Translations under genes and position numbers: made by a program
Shown: one piece after another, positions 47,561-64,000 of the stretch
How positions within the stretch are numbered: the stretch's first letter is position 1
Layout of the letters: the number at the start of each line of letters is the position of its first letter
Notes under the pieces: generated by a model
Databases searched by the model: none
What the model was told of the DNA's origin: nothing
The model's input: the letters and a program-made list of their open reading frames with translations, nothing else
NCBI GenBank assembly: GCA_905178155.1
Contig: CAJINV010000002.1
Coordinates: forward strand, 696,422 to 760,421
Length of the DNA stretch: 64,000 bases
DNA from: Amoebophrya sp. A120
Lineage: Eukaryota > Protista > Dinoflagellata
Direction: 5' to 3'

Positions 47561-48406
47561 TCGTCTTCGTTGCATCACCAACTACATAAAAAAGAACAAC
47601 AAAGTGAGCTCGTAAAGTTAAAGGAGGAAAACACGCACGAAACTAGGCGCTCCATAGCTGCTGTAGCATTTGTGGCATGGCAGCGGTCGCTTGTGCTGCT
47701 TGTCTTGTCGCAACTACGCATCTATCAACGTGTTTACTGATACACTTTTTCCTTTGGATAGCAGTTGCATCACCATCATCGAAATCCTGTGCAAAAGTAT
47801 CGTACTCGTACGAGATACAATCAAAAACAAAACCCATTGCAGCAAACACGCATGACAAATGTGTCCTTTACGGTTGTAACAAAATCACCATATACCAACT
47901 GCACTTCTCAACTTGTAAATGCGATTTCTATACTAGTGCGATACTCGTCATGCAACGCATAGCTGGCAGCTTGACACTCACCCAGCGCTGGAAGAGGGAC
48001 GAAAAATCGCGGAGACTCGCCGAAAACGAAGATGTTTTTGTTGTTGCACCAGCGAAAGTCAAAGTAGCAGATGAGCAGAACGTTGTTCTTTTTGTTTTTA
48101 CCGCACAACTACCCGGTCTTCTTTTCGCAGGCGTGCCAATGTCCACCGTTTTGATATTTGTAGACCCCCTTTTTATTTGCGTCATCTGGCCGTGGGCTTC
48201 TACTACCGGCATGTTGATGTTACTTTGCAGTTTCCGTCCTGGTTGGATGATGGCAAAACGTTCGATGCTCCTGGATCTGCTCCTTCCTTGCAGCACCCTT
48301 TTCGTTCCTGCTTCGCGCCAGGAAGGAGAAAGATAACCTGGTCCTCTACAAAGATCTGCTTGTCAGTGGAGTACGATGGTAAAAATTGAAGGAGGTGCTG
48401 TGCCGC

Positions 48407-48584
48407 TATGAACTGCAAAAGTATCGCACTCGTATAAATGCATTACAAATTTCCTCAGCATTTCATTTTCATTACAAATTTCCTCAGCATGAGAACTGAA
48501 ATTTGTAATGCGGATTTGAATTAACAAAAAGATTTGTGATGCATGATTGCAATACGAGTTAGTACGATACTTTTGCACAGGATA
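48407..48584. mobile_element. Introner family B (filled site; empty paralogous site at 50494-50498)
   Basis: TIRs; DR gccgc. Confidence 0.93.
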
Positions 48585-48641
48585 GCCGCAGAAAAGTTTT
48601 CCCGCTGTTGGTCGCGGTCGTCGAGAGGTGTTCGCGGGATG

Positions 48642-48989
48642 TATCAAGTGCAGATATGTCCCAGTCTGGAAAGTTGTGATGCATGTCAATGAATAATGAG
48701 CACACTGTAAAATGCACCGCCGAGCATGACAAGTTTATTTCATCTCTGATGCTGGGTTGTGATTGTGAATAGGTGCTAGTGAATCCCCTGCAATATGCAC
48801 AGCCGAGCATGAGAAATACTTGCGCGGCTTTCATCTTAGTGTCGCGCTTTTCGCATGACAAACTGCGTTTTTGCATCACAAGCAAAAAGGTTTCTTCTCG
48901 GACACGCATCAAAAACTCTTCAGTCATGCCACACAAGCTTGAAAAACCTTGCATCCTTCCAGTAGACCCAGACATATTTGCAAAGCACA
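48642..48989. mobile_element. Degenerate introner family A
   Basis: TIR cores recognisable; right end approximate. Confidence 0.68.
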
Positions 48990-49028
48990 AAAGAGGAACG
49001 CGGGCACTTGGCTGTGGTCCGGATGAGA

Positions 49029-49309
49029 TATCTCCTATGGAAAAACATCCCCACCCAGTAGTTGTAATGCAAATCGGCATGCTGAGAATGTTTCTCATGC
49101 GGAGCCCCATGAGAAGCATTCCCTATTCGTGACGTTTCGGAATTTTTCATGCTCGACTCAGCTGCGATGGATATGCTAGCTGAAGAACTACAGCTGAAGA
49201 GGATTACACTGCGAGGCCAAACCTTTCATGCGCAACAGCCACAGCTGGTTGATTTGTGTAGCAAATCTTCCATCTTGACTACGGGTTGGGGGCGTTTTTA
49301 CACAGGATA
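49029..49309. mobile_element. Introner family D
   Basis: Family-D TIRs and body; DR diverged. Confidence 0.78.
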
Positions 49310-49667
49310 GAAGAAGGAGAACAAAGAACTACCCGTCGCCGTCGCAGTCGAACAGGCACGGTCCGCTTATTCCGCTGCGCGCTTGTCCGAGTGGTCGGAA
49401 GATACCTGCAGGATGATGATGAACAAGCGAAACGTCACTCAGTCATCAGTTGAGGTGCCTACTTTCGCTGTTAGATATATAAAAAATACCAAAAAAAAAA
49501 AGTGGTAGTAAGTACACAGCTGCTCCTCCCGCGACGCAGCAAATTTGCTTGTTCCCTGCACAGAATGACCTCCCTCGGAGATGATGTTCTTGTGCCGTCA
49601 CAGAAAATTGATGTCTCCAACTGTTTCCCGTCTGCAAATCATAAATTGTTCTACGGACGTACCTCTG

Positions 49668-49989
49668 TATCAAATGCAAACATATCTTCGTCTGGAAGAA
49701 AGGGGCATTTGTGATGCTAAAACAACCGCACCGACATTGCCATTGTCCAGCAACGCTGAGGAGGCAAGCCTGCACAGGCTCCGGAACGGCATAGGGGCAT
49801 TTGTGATGCAGTTTGTGCATCTGCAAAAAAACAAGCTCGAATGCACACAGAGCATGCTGTCCCTTGGAGAGGAAAATCTAAATGGCCCATCTTTTGCTGA
49901 CTATGTAATTATGTAGATGCTCGCCCGTTCCAGAATCAGCATGACAAGTGTGCATCCTTCCAGACCCCGATCGATATTTGCAATGCATA
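49668..49989. mobile_element. Introner family A
   Basis: TIRs; DR diverged. Confidence 0.78.
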
Positions 49990-51663
49990 CTACTAGAAGA
50001 ACTACGCGTCGGCCGTCGCAGTATATGAAGCACGGTTCGTTTATTCCGCCGCGCGCTCGTCTGAGCGGGGTACCACGAATAAGGCCGCTTCCGCGGTAAC
50101 GACGCAGCTACCTGTAATTTATATTGCAATATTGAAGTTTGAGTAGAGGAATTTTATACAAAAAGATGATTTTGATTGCAGAGTTGGTTTTTGTTGTCCG
50201 GCTTCCTTGCAAACACTGCACCACGACGACCACGCTTCGAAAACGTGCAAAAAAAATAAAAAGCAGCGGGGAGTTGTACTTTTTACCTGGTGCCCCAGCG
50301 ACACAGCAAATTTATTTGCTTGTTCAATATTGTTCCGGCACAGGACGACACCTGGAGATGGAGATGTCCTCGTGCCGCAGAAAACTGATGTCGCCTCTTT
50401 CGTTCCTTCGCGCCAGGAAGGAGAAAGATAGCGTGGTCCTCTACAAAGATCTGTTTGTCAGTGGAGTACGATGGTAAAAATTGGAGGTGCTGTGCCGCAG
50501 AAAAGTTTTCCCGCTGTTGGTCGCGGTCGTCGAGAGGTGTTCGACCTACTTACTGTCGTCGCGGCCTGCTGGAAACGGTAGTTGCAGAGTCTCCATCGTG
50601 GTCTTTCTTTATACAATTACAACCGGTCGTCTGGGTCTGCTTCTTGGAAATGAGGCATCTTAGCTCGTCGATATACGTCGAAAGAATTTCTACATAAAGT
50701 ACTCCTTCGTGGTAGAAAATTCATGAACAATGAAATTCGAATGAACCGAAATTCAAATTTGCAACTTTTACTAGCATATGAACTCTAATTCGCAGGCTCC
50801 AGAACGCTCAACGACGAGGACGAACCCGAACCCGAGCGACGACGACATTGACAGGTTTACTCCTATCTCATTTTGTCTAATTTTGATCATTGCCTCGCCA
50901 CTATCCTTGACCAGAGGAATTCTTCGATTATGATTCCCACGACAATACCACATTGACTCTTCACTCGCTGGTAAACTATCGTAAACACTCCTGTAGGCTC
51001 TCAACCCCAACGAACTCTGTCGTCGTCCGTTATCTTTACCAACGGTAAGGCGCACACTACATCTACAATACAGCCACGATCTCGCAATACTTGGAGGTCG
51101 CGATACGACACCTTCATCGAGGAAACGGCAGAACTACTTACCCACAACTCCTTACAGCGACATGAATAGAACAGACGTATTGTTCTTATCCCAGCACAAG
51201 AACGACCCCGTCAGAGGTCAGAGGGACCTGTTGGCACAAGAACTCCTATGATCTGGGTCGCTTTTGCAGATTATTAGTTTCTATGCCGATGCTTGTTTGT
51301 TCCAGAGTTGTATCCTTTTAAATCCACCACCGCTGCAAAAATCAAGAACCGCCAGTAGTTTTATACCCAGCGGTTGACGAGGACGGAGTTCGATGCGTTA
51401 GTAAATTTCTGAAACCTTTTACTCGTTGTTGTTCATCTCCAAAAGGCCCTCGCACATTGTGTAGTTCTTGTTCGATTAGTTATTCGATAGTTGATTCGTC
51501 CGTAGGAACTACATCAGTTCGCTGATTCTTGACATCCTCCAATATTGCAGGTTCTCTCCAAAAAGTAGAAGTACTAGCATCACAAGCTATTGCCAATGCT
51601 ATACGGAGTTGATCATAACGATTACCCTAGAAAGATCGCAAAAATCAAACTTCACTGAGACAC

Positions 51664-57220
<5,557 letters not shown>

Positions 57221-58075
57221 TCTGCAGGCTGTTACAAGTAGAACTACAGAAGGGTCGCGAAAATGTTCAACATTCGAAGATAGAACTCGTGCCGATGCTG
57301 ATGTCACAACAATGCAGATCCTGTTGAAAAGCAAGAGAACTTCAACTAGTACTAGACACGTTTGTGCCTCAATATATCGCTTAATCAATTTGGTCCTCCT
57401 GGTGCTCACGGTCTGAATTTTCAATCGTGAGCAGTCCTGACATCATGGGCACATAGAGTGAGTATTCAAGACAAGACGGAAAAACAACTGCATCAACCGG
57501 GGGAGACGGGAAAAGCCAAGAGGAGCTGAATGTGTTGCCGAGAAACCCTGTCAGCTCGAGACGTGCACTAGGAAACAAGGTGACAAAAACTGATCTCATT
57601 TTCGCGATCTGCTGTCAAAAGATAAAGAACCTCCAGATATATCAAACAAAACCGAAAATCAAAATAACAAACGCAATCCGGGAATCTAGCCAAGCCATAC
57701 GAAAAAGACGCAAAAATGGAATACCCACCAGCATCGCTGTGGCGAGATAAGTAGTAAGTAGGTTGTTTTGCCACAACAAGTGCTGGTGTTTCGTTGCCCG
57801 CCGCACGAAAGTAAGAGCTGCGGCGGCCGCTGCTCCACGGAACAGGTGCAGGCGACTAATCTTGTTTATTTCATCTCTGATCAACATCGGCGAAGGTGGT
57901 CGTGGGATTCTTTCTCTGCAACAACACCACCTGAGCAAGAAAGATGCTCACGCGGGCTCGCAGTCAATAATCGTCGAGCAAAATCAAAATTGGTCCAAAA
58001 GTACTACTTCAACTTCTAGAACACTTATCGTAATAAACAGAAACTCCCGCGGTTATTTTTTCATCTTCCTCGTCA

Positions 58076-61000
58076 CTAAAAATACGCATCTCTGTCCGCA
58101 TCCCCCAGTAGCCAGTCTACCCCGTTCAACAATTTTCGGCCGTACTTCTCGAATTGATATGAAACTTTTCTTTTCCGCTCTTTCTCCCGCCTCTCCACTT
58201 CGTCTCGATCCACCAAGGCTTGAATATTGCTCTGTTTGACAAAACTTTCCGTCCTTGCTTTATGCATTGCAAAAGCATCGCACTCGTACAAACGCATTAC
58301 AAATTACCTCAGCATGAGAAAAAAAAATTGTAATGCGGATTTACCTAAAGAAAAAGATTTGTAATGCATGATTGCAATACGAGTACGATACTTTTGCACA
58401 GGATATGCTTCTGTGCACAGCCACTCCCCGAAGAAGCGGTTGACGACAAGCTGTTGCTGCTGGACGGCTATGCATTGCAAAAGTACTATCGCACTCGTAC
58501 TAGTAATCGCAGTCATGCATTACAAATCTGTTTTTCAAAGTGACTCCGCATTACAAATTCCATTTCTCATGCTGAGCAAATTTGTGATGCAATTTATACT
58601 AAGTAGTACGCTACTTTTGCAGTTCATAACGGCAAACGCCGTTTTGTGGTTCCGCCTGTTGAGCACGTTCGAGTAGCCGAGAAAATCCCGATATCGCAAG
58701 AAAAAAACTGTGTAAGTGTAACTTTGAGCTGCAGACGTTGCAATACAGTTAAGTACACTTGTCATGCAGGATGTGCATCAGAGGCTATTTTCACACGCGT
58801 TTTCGCGTACCAGCTACGCATGACAGGTTTTCTCTGTCATGCAAAACAAATTTGCGATGCTGTTCCTGCAAAAAAGTTACACTTACACACTTTTTTTCTT
58901 GGATACCCGAGTGTAGCCGGTAATTGACCCAAGCATGGTTTCCTGGTCCACCATAAGGGACGAAAACGCGACGGGCGCGACCGCGTGGTTGTTGCCCCGC
59001 CGGCGCTCGTCCACAACCACCCAGCTATGCGCCGCGGGGGAGGGGAGTCGCGCGCGCACGATTCGCCGCAAGTACTGTTCCGGCGATTCGGGGTCGAAGT
59101 AGTCGTGGTACCGGGCTTGCAGTCGTAACCGGATCACCTCTTGCATCGGGGTGAAAAAAAGCTGGGGTTTTGGAGAGTACTGCTGGAGGTCGCTGTTGAA
59201 CATATTAGATGGCGCAGTAGTTGTGCTTGCAGTTGTGCCCCCGCTGCTCTGGTGAAGATTCAGATCGTGTGTTGTCGTTTCGTAGAGATAGCGCGCATAT
59301 GCAATGCAAAAGTATCTTACTAGTATAAATTGCATTACAAATTCTCCCAGAGTTACAAATTGAATTTGTAATGGTGATTTACCTTGACAAGTGGATTTGT
59401 AATGCATAAATGCAATCACTACGAGTACGATACTTTTGCACAGGATAGCGCAATCGTTTTCCATTTCGCTGAATCTAGGCCGGAGGAAGAAGTTGAGCCT
59501 CGGTCTCGCCTAGTTCCGGTACCACGACCCCCTTCCAGCCCCTCGTCCCGCGCCGTCAGCTGCACGATGTCTCGAAAGGTCCCGCCCCGCCGGAGCAATT
59601 TTTGTGCACCAAGCTCCGACGCCTGAAGTCGGTTCAGGGCGTAGTCGGAGAGGTCTGGAGTTGTTTCTGAGGTGCTTCTTTGTAGTTCTCGGGATGGGGA
59701 AGTACTAGAAGTTGGTGTTTTTGTTTTTGTGTTGCTGATATTCATCTTGTTCCCAACATTAGCCTGATGCTCGTATTCCTGCTCCACCCACTATGAATTC
59801 TTGCAAGAGTTGTACTATCTTGCTACATAGTAATCGCATTTTTAAAAACTCAAATTAGCCCAGAATGGGACGAAAAAAAAAATTGTCATGCGCAATCGCG
59901 ATTACTACGTAGATGCGATACATTTTTTGCACTGCGTACCCACGGACACTTCACGGCTTTCCTCTGCAGTTCCGCAGCCCGTCCCGGGAGAAGAAGACTC
60001 AGCAGCCCCGCCTTCACGGCAGCTTCGCGGATGTCGTCGTAGAAATTCCTTTCTTCTTGTTCTCCGGAACGAACCGTGGGGAGATTATATCATATGCAAA
60101 AGTATCGCATTCGTATAAATGCAAGTCTTGCAATACAAATCTTTCTCTTAAGGCAAAACCGCATTGCAAATTTTATTTCTCATGCTGCGGAAATTTGTAA
60201 TGCATTTATACGAGTACGATAACGATACTTTTGCAATGCATAGATTATCAACAAAAACGATTCCACTGAGCGCCGCGTCGCATCCGTTAAGGAGAAACCA
60301 CTTAAAGCATTCTTCCGCTTCTTGCTTCAATTCCTCATCCTGAAAACCGTAGAACACGGACTCGGGGATTTTGGCTTCACTGTTGATCGTCGGCGCCGTT
60401 TTCGTGTAGATATCGGAGAGCGTCGCAACGTCGTTCAGATTTTTCGACAAGGGGGCAATCGACGCGTTGTTCGTGTTTCTAGTTCCCCGACCGGGCGGAC
60501 CAGGGGCTCCTGTTGAAGACGCTGCGAGCTTCCGCTGTCCCGGTGTGTCCAGCTTCACGACTTTCCGCAAGGTGAAGGACGTGTCGTCGGGGTGTGGTCG
60601 CGGCGGAAGATGGTGTCCTCTATGGTTAGTTCCCGAGAGTAAGCGGTTCTTTGCACTTATCCAAAGAAAAAAGTGTTACAGTCACACATTTGCTGTCAAT
60701 TCAGCAACACAAATTTTTTCCGCATGAGAGAGGAAACTTGCAATGCAAAGATCATGAAGGAAAACACGAATGAAACGAGGCTCAAAAGCATTTCTGGCAT
60801 GACAGAGGTTGTCTGTCATGCTGGGCTTGCAACACAGTGTGTAACTGTGACTCTTTTTTCTCGTGAGAGCACTCCGCAAGTCCTCCACCTTGTTTTTCAA
60901 GCTGCCAATCAACGCTGCGGAAGAACTGGTTTTCACTATACTGCCGGATGAAGATGAAGTTGTTGAACTAGCGCCCCCGTCAGGACGAGCTGCTGCAAAC

Positions 61001-62070
61001 AAAACCGCAAAGTGCGTTTTCGGGTCTTGGAGAAACAGCTCAGAGTGTGCCAACTCGAAGTGGGCTTGAAGCTCGTCATGAGCAGTCCTTGTTGTAGAGG
61101 AGTGTGCTGTCGTCCCCGTCTCTCCGGACGAAGATCCAATCGCTTCTCCGTTCTTATGCCAAAACTGGGAGATCCAATTGTTGATCGTGTTTTTGTGTAC
61201 CAAATTTCCGGAGGAAAGCACCACGACGTCGGCGGCGTTCCAAACCATCTCTCGCTGCACAGGGTCGTACAAAGTGTTGTAAACCGCAAGGCACTGCTCG
61301 GGTTTGTCAAAAAGAGCCGCTGGTGCGACGACGTCTTCTGCAGTCGTCTTCCTCGTCGTCCCCCTCGAAGATACAGCTCGTTGTTTCGCCTGCGCACTTT
61401 TAGTTTCATGATACCCGCGGGGGATGTTCTGATACCTCGTTACCACTTGTTTGTTTCTAGGCAGAAAAGACGAGAAATCCGGTTCGACGTGCGCGGAGGT
61501 GCTGGCTGAAGAAACTCCTCGTTGGAAAAAATCGCGGGCCCCCCGAGGACCATATCCTGAGTAAAAACGTACCCACACCATAGTCAAGATGGGGAATCGG
61601 CTAGACAAATCCACAAGTTTTGGCTGTTTTGCATGACAAATTTGGACTCGTAGTGTGTTGCTGTTTGAGCTAGCTCAGCAGCATCACAGATCTAGCATAC
61701 GATGCTGATTGGAGCATGACAAATTGCAAAACACGACTAGAAAATGCTTCTCATGGGGCTCCGCATGAGAAACATTTTCAGCATGCAGATTTGCATTACA
61801 ACTCTGGTGTGGGTACGTTTTTACTCAGGATAGACCACGGTGATTCTTCACCGGTTTCGCCGCTGCGTGGCCTACAAGCGACGAGTTTGGCAAAGCCAAG
61901 AACAACAAGCTGAACACTATGAGAACTGGAGCCGCAGAGCAAATCGATCTTAAACAACAAGGCAGCAGAGACGACCATGTTGGGCGGAGAGACGAACGAA
62001 GGCTGGCCGCGACGAGCTGTCGACCGGGTCGACCAGGAGTTCTTTTACGGTGCAACATCATGATCGGCAT
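58076..62070 (-). CDS. Hypothetical protein with N-terminal hydrophobic signal/anchor, 8 introner introns
   Basis: All inserts splice out in frame from ATG 62070 (..APVLIVFSLLFLALPNSSLVGHAAA..) to stop 58076. Confidence 0.7.
58261..58405. mobile_element. Introner family B
   Basis: TIRs; DR tgctt. Confidence 0.92.
58469..58628. mobile_element. Introner family B
   Basis: TIRs; DR acggc. Confidence 0.92.
58692..58905. mobile_element. Introner family G
   Basis: TIRs; DR cccga. Confidence 0.92.
59298..59447. mobile_element. Introner family B
   Basis: TIRs; DR gcgca. Confidence 0.9.
59792..59938. mobile_element. Introner, B-like
   Basis: DR cccac. Confidence 0.82.
60088..60242. mobile_element. 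Introner family B
   Basis: TIRs; DR gatta. Confidence 0.9.
60658..60868. mobile_element. Introner family G
   Basis: TIRs; DR gcact. Confidence 0.88.
61553..61832. mobile_element. Introner family D
   Basis: TIRs; DR gacca. Confidence 0.92.
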
Positions 62071-63041
62071 GTCTTTATTTGATAGATAAGAAACAAATTA
62101 TAAAAAGAATTTGTTGTTCGTAAAAAACCGATTAAGCCGATAGCAGTATGTGACGGCGTAAAATCAAAATATGGTTTCGAAACACGATGACGACGCGCAA
62201 GTAGAATATTGTTTTTCGTTTCGCAGGCAACAGAGAGTCTTTGCGTTTCGCAGACAGCAGAAGGAATTCTTCCTAAGTAACACTTGTTCCTAGTGGTCCT
62301 CTGTATAAATATGGGTCGAAAAATGAAGCACTGCAATCATTGTTGGATCATCTTGTATTTCAAGAACTCCAAGGCTTTTATCAAAACCGTCGGGAAGAAA
62401 ACAAGATCGCGAAGAGCACAAGCTTTCTTGCCAGGAACGGAAAATCCGGCACAACAACCTCTGCAGAAGAAACACAAATTTCCAATGAAATAAACAGACA
62501 TTGGGAACACCAGCGGAATTTCATAAGTAATTTCCTCGCACGTACTACTTCTCGCGGTTGCTTCCGCATGACGGGCGGGAGAAAGACGATACATATATCA
62601 AGTGGAAAGGCGAGATGGGTTGTAAAAAACCTGAAAGTGCTAGTATTCTGTCATGTCGGTCCATCGTCGGTCAAAAGCAGAAAATGGCAATAAACGCTGC
62701 TCTTCTCATGAACAGGTTGGTCGTGTGTAGTACCTACTATTCGTGTACATTCCAATTAGTGTCATAAGTTAATTGTTGTCGCTTCAGTCATTAAGCTCGT
62801 CGGCGTGACAGAGACAATAGTTCTACATCAGGTTTTGGGTGTCGTTAGAATTGATAGAAAGAAATTACCGCTATTGTAAAATTTGGTCCGTGAGTATATC
62901 TTCGTCGCTGAATAAAGATGTTGTTTGATTGCGGCAAAATTTTTGTTTGCATTTTCGCAATTACGATTTTTCAGGGAGAGAAATGAATCGACGATCCGCC
63001 ATGGCCATCGCTATATCCTAGCACGCAGTCTAGCTTTACAA

Positions 63042-64000
63042 TTACATTTCCATAGCAAAGTCTTCCTCTTCGTCCTCTTCCATGTTTAAAAGCTCCTCCG
63101 CCTCATCGTCATAGTTTTCCGACTATCCACTGCAAAAGTATCGCACTCGTAGTAAAAGTAATTGCATCAACCACGCATGACAATTCTCCTTCTCGTAATA
63201 CCAAGGCAAATATGCACGACAAATTTAATCTGTAAAGCTGAGCAAATTTGTGATGCGATTTCTACTAGTACGATACTCGTGCAAAGTGGATACCGACTCC
63301 TCATATTCGTACTCCATCTCGACATCCTCCTCCAGAACCTGCATGAGAGATTTTATCATTCATATTTCCCTGTTTCGCTTCAGATGCATGAGTATGTGTT
63401 CGGCATCATGCATGAATGACAAAATCGGTGCCTTTTGTGAGCATTGGATGACAAACTTTCCGTACCTCCCCATCCTCCTCGTATTCGTCGTCGGCATCGA
63501 CATGCTCACCCAGCTTATCCACTGCAAATATCCCTGGACGATGTCTGTAAGAATGCGAGTCTCTCATGCTTGGCCGACAAGACAGAAAGATCTGCCATGC
63601 TTGATGCGCTACAGAAGTGGTGCCACTTGTTGTTGTTTGTCATGCAAAAAGGCCATTTGTCGTCATTTGTCATGCGGTTCACGCTAGACATAGCCGCTCC
63701 GAAACTTGTCATGCGCGGCCCCCTGATATTACAGGTTGCCGTGTGTCATTCGGACATTAATAGCATCACAACTTAACTTTCCAGACCCAGACACATATTT
63801 GCAATGCATACAGTTCCTCGTAGTACTGCTCGCCCCGTACATCGACATTCTCCTCCACCTGTTGCCTCTCGTCAAAACCAGACGAGCCCTCCGCAGCGAG
63901 AGCCTGATAATGTAAGTATTCGGTGATGTAGTTGTGTGGAGAATTTTTGGAAAAACAAAAATCTAATTTGCCCTTACCTCGTCTTCTACAAAGGTCGTGC
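63042..64000 (-). CDS. 3' part of a gene with a highly acidic C-terminus (starts beyond the window)
   Basis: Exons join to ALAAEGSSGFDERQQVEENVDVRGEQYYEEL-GEHVDADDEYEEDGE-VLEEDVEMEYEYEES-ENYDDEAEELLNMEEDEEEDFAMEM*. Confidence 0.6.
63124..63292. mobile_element. Introner family B
   Basis: TIRs; DR ccgac. Confidence 0.9.
63516..63810. mobile_element. Introner family A
   Basis: TIRs; DR cagct/cagtt. Confidence 0.86.

Larger units (their letters stand above)
48296..50545. repeat. Dispersed segmental duplications (48296-48633 ~ 50397-50543; 49358-49397 ~ 50031-50068; 49527-49617 ~ 50298-50395)
   Basis: Direct sequence similarity; indels in the best-conserved pair are 3 bp. Confidence 0.85.

Noticed and set aside
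63042-64000. MAK16 assignment for the acidic C-terminus
   Set aside because: Only low-complexity acidic sequence is visible; not diagnostic

Overview
Eukaryotic genomic DNA, most consistent with a syndinian/dinoflagellate parasite such as Amoebophrya (inferred from intron architecture). All recognisable genes lie on the minus strand: an IMP dehydrogenase, a WS/DGAT wax-ester synthase, three paralogous EF-hand membrane proteins, two or three hypothetical genes and the 3' end of another. The genes are interrupted by about 90 short (95-350 bp) non-GT-AG inserts. Most begin TAT, end ATA, carry terminal inverted repeats and are flanked by a 5-bp direct repeat (introner/MITE-like, at least 7 TIR families). 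Removing each insert plus one direct-repeat copy restores the reading frame, including the IMPDH catalytic Cys. Other notable structures: a filled/empty paralogous insertion site, nested elements, a Helitron-like insert inside an introner, and a 1.55-kb long-TIR element whose 46-bp exon duplication creates a GT-AG intron. No transposase was recognised. Coordinates were read by hand and may be off by 1-2 bp. Family key (5' TIR): A TATCAAATGYAAAAATGTCTGGGTCTGGAA; B TATNNNNTGCAAAAGTATCGYACTCGTA; C TATTRCARTGAAAAATGCCCCCACCCC; D TATCCTGAGTAAAAAYGTMCCCAC; E TATCAAAAGGAAAAATCCCCCTCCCCATA; F TATGGCGTTCTCAARCGTTACA; G TATSCAAGAAAAAAACTGTGTAA.
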